Part shown: one piece after another, positions 62,665 to 64,000 of the stretch
How the letters are laid out: each line of letters opens with the position of its first letter
How positions within the stretch are numbered: the first letter of the stretch is position 1
NCBI GenBank assembly: GCA_965208615.1
Contig: CBDBPB010000002.1
Span: 96,001 to 160,000 of the forward strand
Direction of reading: 5' to 3'
Length of the DNA: 64,000 nt
Source of the DNA: Spirochaetota bacterium
GTDB taxonomy: Bacteria > Spirochaetota > UBA6919 > CBDBPB01
The notes under the pieces: generated by a model
Databases searched by the model: none
Seen by the model: the letters and a program-made list of their open reading frames with translations, nothing else
Told to the model about the DNA's origin: nothing
Translations under genes and position numbers: made by a program

Positions 62665-63975
62665 TTAGAATTCTTTCATATAAGAATTACACTCGTTTTC
62701 ATTTCTATCTACCCACTCCCAGTCTCTTTTTATAGCAGTTTTATCCCATTTCCACTTTTTTATATCCCCATCATGTTTGTAGGTTTTAATAGTAGTTGCT
62801 TTTTCACAAACTTCCTTTGCATTGTCATAAGCACTTCCTGAGACTAACTTGTTAAAATTATACACTGACCAGCAGACTTTTTTATTATCAGTAACACCAA
62901 TACGGCATGCTTTCTCTATGTCTTTTTCTTCACAATTAGCTCTATCTACTATAGTAGCCTTAATATGATCACCCTTATCAACACATTTTTGTTCTAATAA
63001 GTCTATGTCATCCTCAGAATTATCACAAGAGAAAACTTTATCCTTATCAGAAGTTTCACCAGGATTCTCAACATGCTTGTATTGGCATGACTTTTTAGCA
63101 CCAGGTATAAAGGGATCGCTAACATCTATACACTTAGTATAGCTCCCCCATTCAGTATTATTAGCGGTGCCATCCCAATATACATGCCCACGTTTATCAA
63201 TAAGTTTTGCCGTACAGGCTTTAGCTGGATTATTCAAGTTATCTTTATGATCACTTTTACTCATTAGTAGATTTATTGCTGATTGGTCTAAGCAGTATTT
63301 ATATTCCTGACCCTTTATTGTTTTTGTATATGAGCATATTTTCTCTACTCTTTCACATTCATTTTTATCTACTATAGTAGCCTTAATATGATCACCCTTA
63401 TCAACACATATTTTCTTTATTGGCTCTGACCAGGCACTCTTACAAGAGAAAACTCCATCCTTATTAGAAGCTGCTCCACCAGGATTCTCAACATGCTTGT
63501 ATTGGCATATCTTTTTTTTGTCTTTCTTATAAGGGTCTTTATCAATTGTGAGACCAGATTCATATTTTGTCCACGTACCTCCTGCCCAGTATTCAAAATC
63601 ATTTTCATCCTTCTTTGCTTTTTCACAGGAGTCCTTTGCATTAGTAGATGACAGCAGAAAACCACTAGGATCTAAATATAATTTTTCTTTAGTAGTTTTA
63701 CAAACTTTCTCTATTTTACAATTATTTACTGGAGTAACAATAGTATGATCATTATTACTCAATTTATATGCAAATGGTTTCGAATATATACACTTATAAA
63801 TTCCATCATCATCAGATACTTTCCCTTTTTCTTTTATATATTTGTATTGGTATAGTAATTTGTTGTCCTTAGGATTAATTATTTCCTCAGAATTAGTTAC
63901 TTTCTCAGGACAACCACTAAATACACTAAACATAAATAAAATGAAAAGCATTATTGATATAGTTTTTATTTTCAT
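62665..63975 (-). CDS. Cys-rich lipoprotein with about three internal repeats of about 140 aa
   Basis: Lipobox FSG-C; CQYKHVENPG and CVDKGDHIKATIVD each occur twice about 420 bp apart, with a more diverged first copy. Confidence 0.8.
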   Translation of the reverse strand: MKIKTISIMLFILFMFSVFSGCPEKVTNSEEIINPKDNKLLYQYKYIKEKGKVSDDDGIYKCIYSKPFAYKLSNNDHTIVTPVNNCKIEKVCKTTKEKLYLDPSGFLLSSTNAKDSCEKAKKDENDFEYWAGGTWTKYESGLTIDKDPYKKDKKKICQYKHVENPGGAASNKDGVFSCKSAWSEPIKKICVDKGDHIKATIVDKNECERVEKICSYTKTIKGQEYKYCLDQSAINLLMSKSDHKDNLNNPAKACTAKLIDKRGHVYWDGTANNTEWGSYTKCIDVSDPFIPGAKKSCQYKHVENPGETSDKDKVFSCDNSEDDIDLLEQKCVDKGDHIKATIVDRANCEEKDIEKACRIGVTDNKKVCWSVYNFNKLVSGSAYDNAKEVCEKATTIKTYKHDGDIKKWKWDKTAIKRDWEWVDRNENECNSYMKEF

Positions 63976-64000
63976 TACTTTTACCCTTTAAAAGGTTTTT

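Noticed and set aside
1-64000. tRNA, rRNA, IS transposase, integrase or prophage genes
   Set aside because: None were recognisable in the sequence or the ORF track.

Overview
AT-rich bacterial chromosomal segment, most plausibly from a spirochaete (inferred from the lipoprotein signal peptides, a Bdr-like gene and strong strand-specific codon bias; not proven). Housekeeping content: plant-type threonine synthase and cystathionine gamma-synthase, a partial cbi cluster, sppA, tsaE, thiFSGE, a full nuoA-N operon interrupted by an m4C methyltransferase and an internally deleted TdeIII-like endonuclease, ccoI/ccoS, ilvBN, hemerythrin, an amidase, an SSS transporter and a DUF294 protein. Many +1 frameshifts fall in homopolymers of essential genes and look like long-read errors. 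The most unusual content is a family of three surface-lipoprotein genes (A 19470-22189, C 22428-23801, B 55742-58408) built from 10, 1 and 5 copies of a 4-Cys repeat plus a Pmp-like beta-helix. A and B share a long non-coding leader containing a tandem array of 144-bp units (about 6 versus 2 copies). Each unit is an inverted copy of the genes' own 3' end plus terminator. Copy A lacks a 167-bp segment that carries the candidate promoter, RBS, start codon and signal peptide in B. This architecture suggests an expression-site/silent-cassette surface variation system, which is an inference and untested. Other tandem amplifications (175 bp, 109 bp) sit exactly at the left edges of these cassettes.
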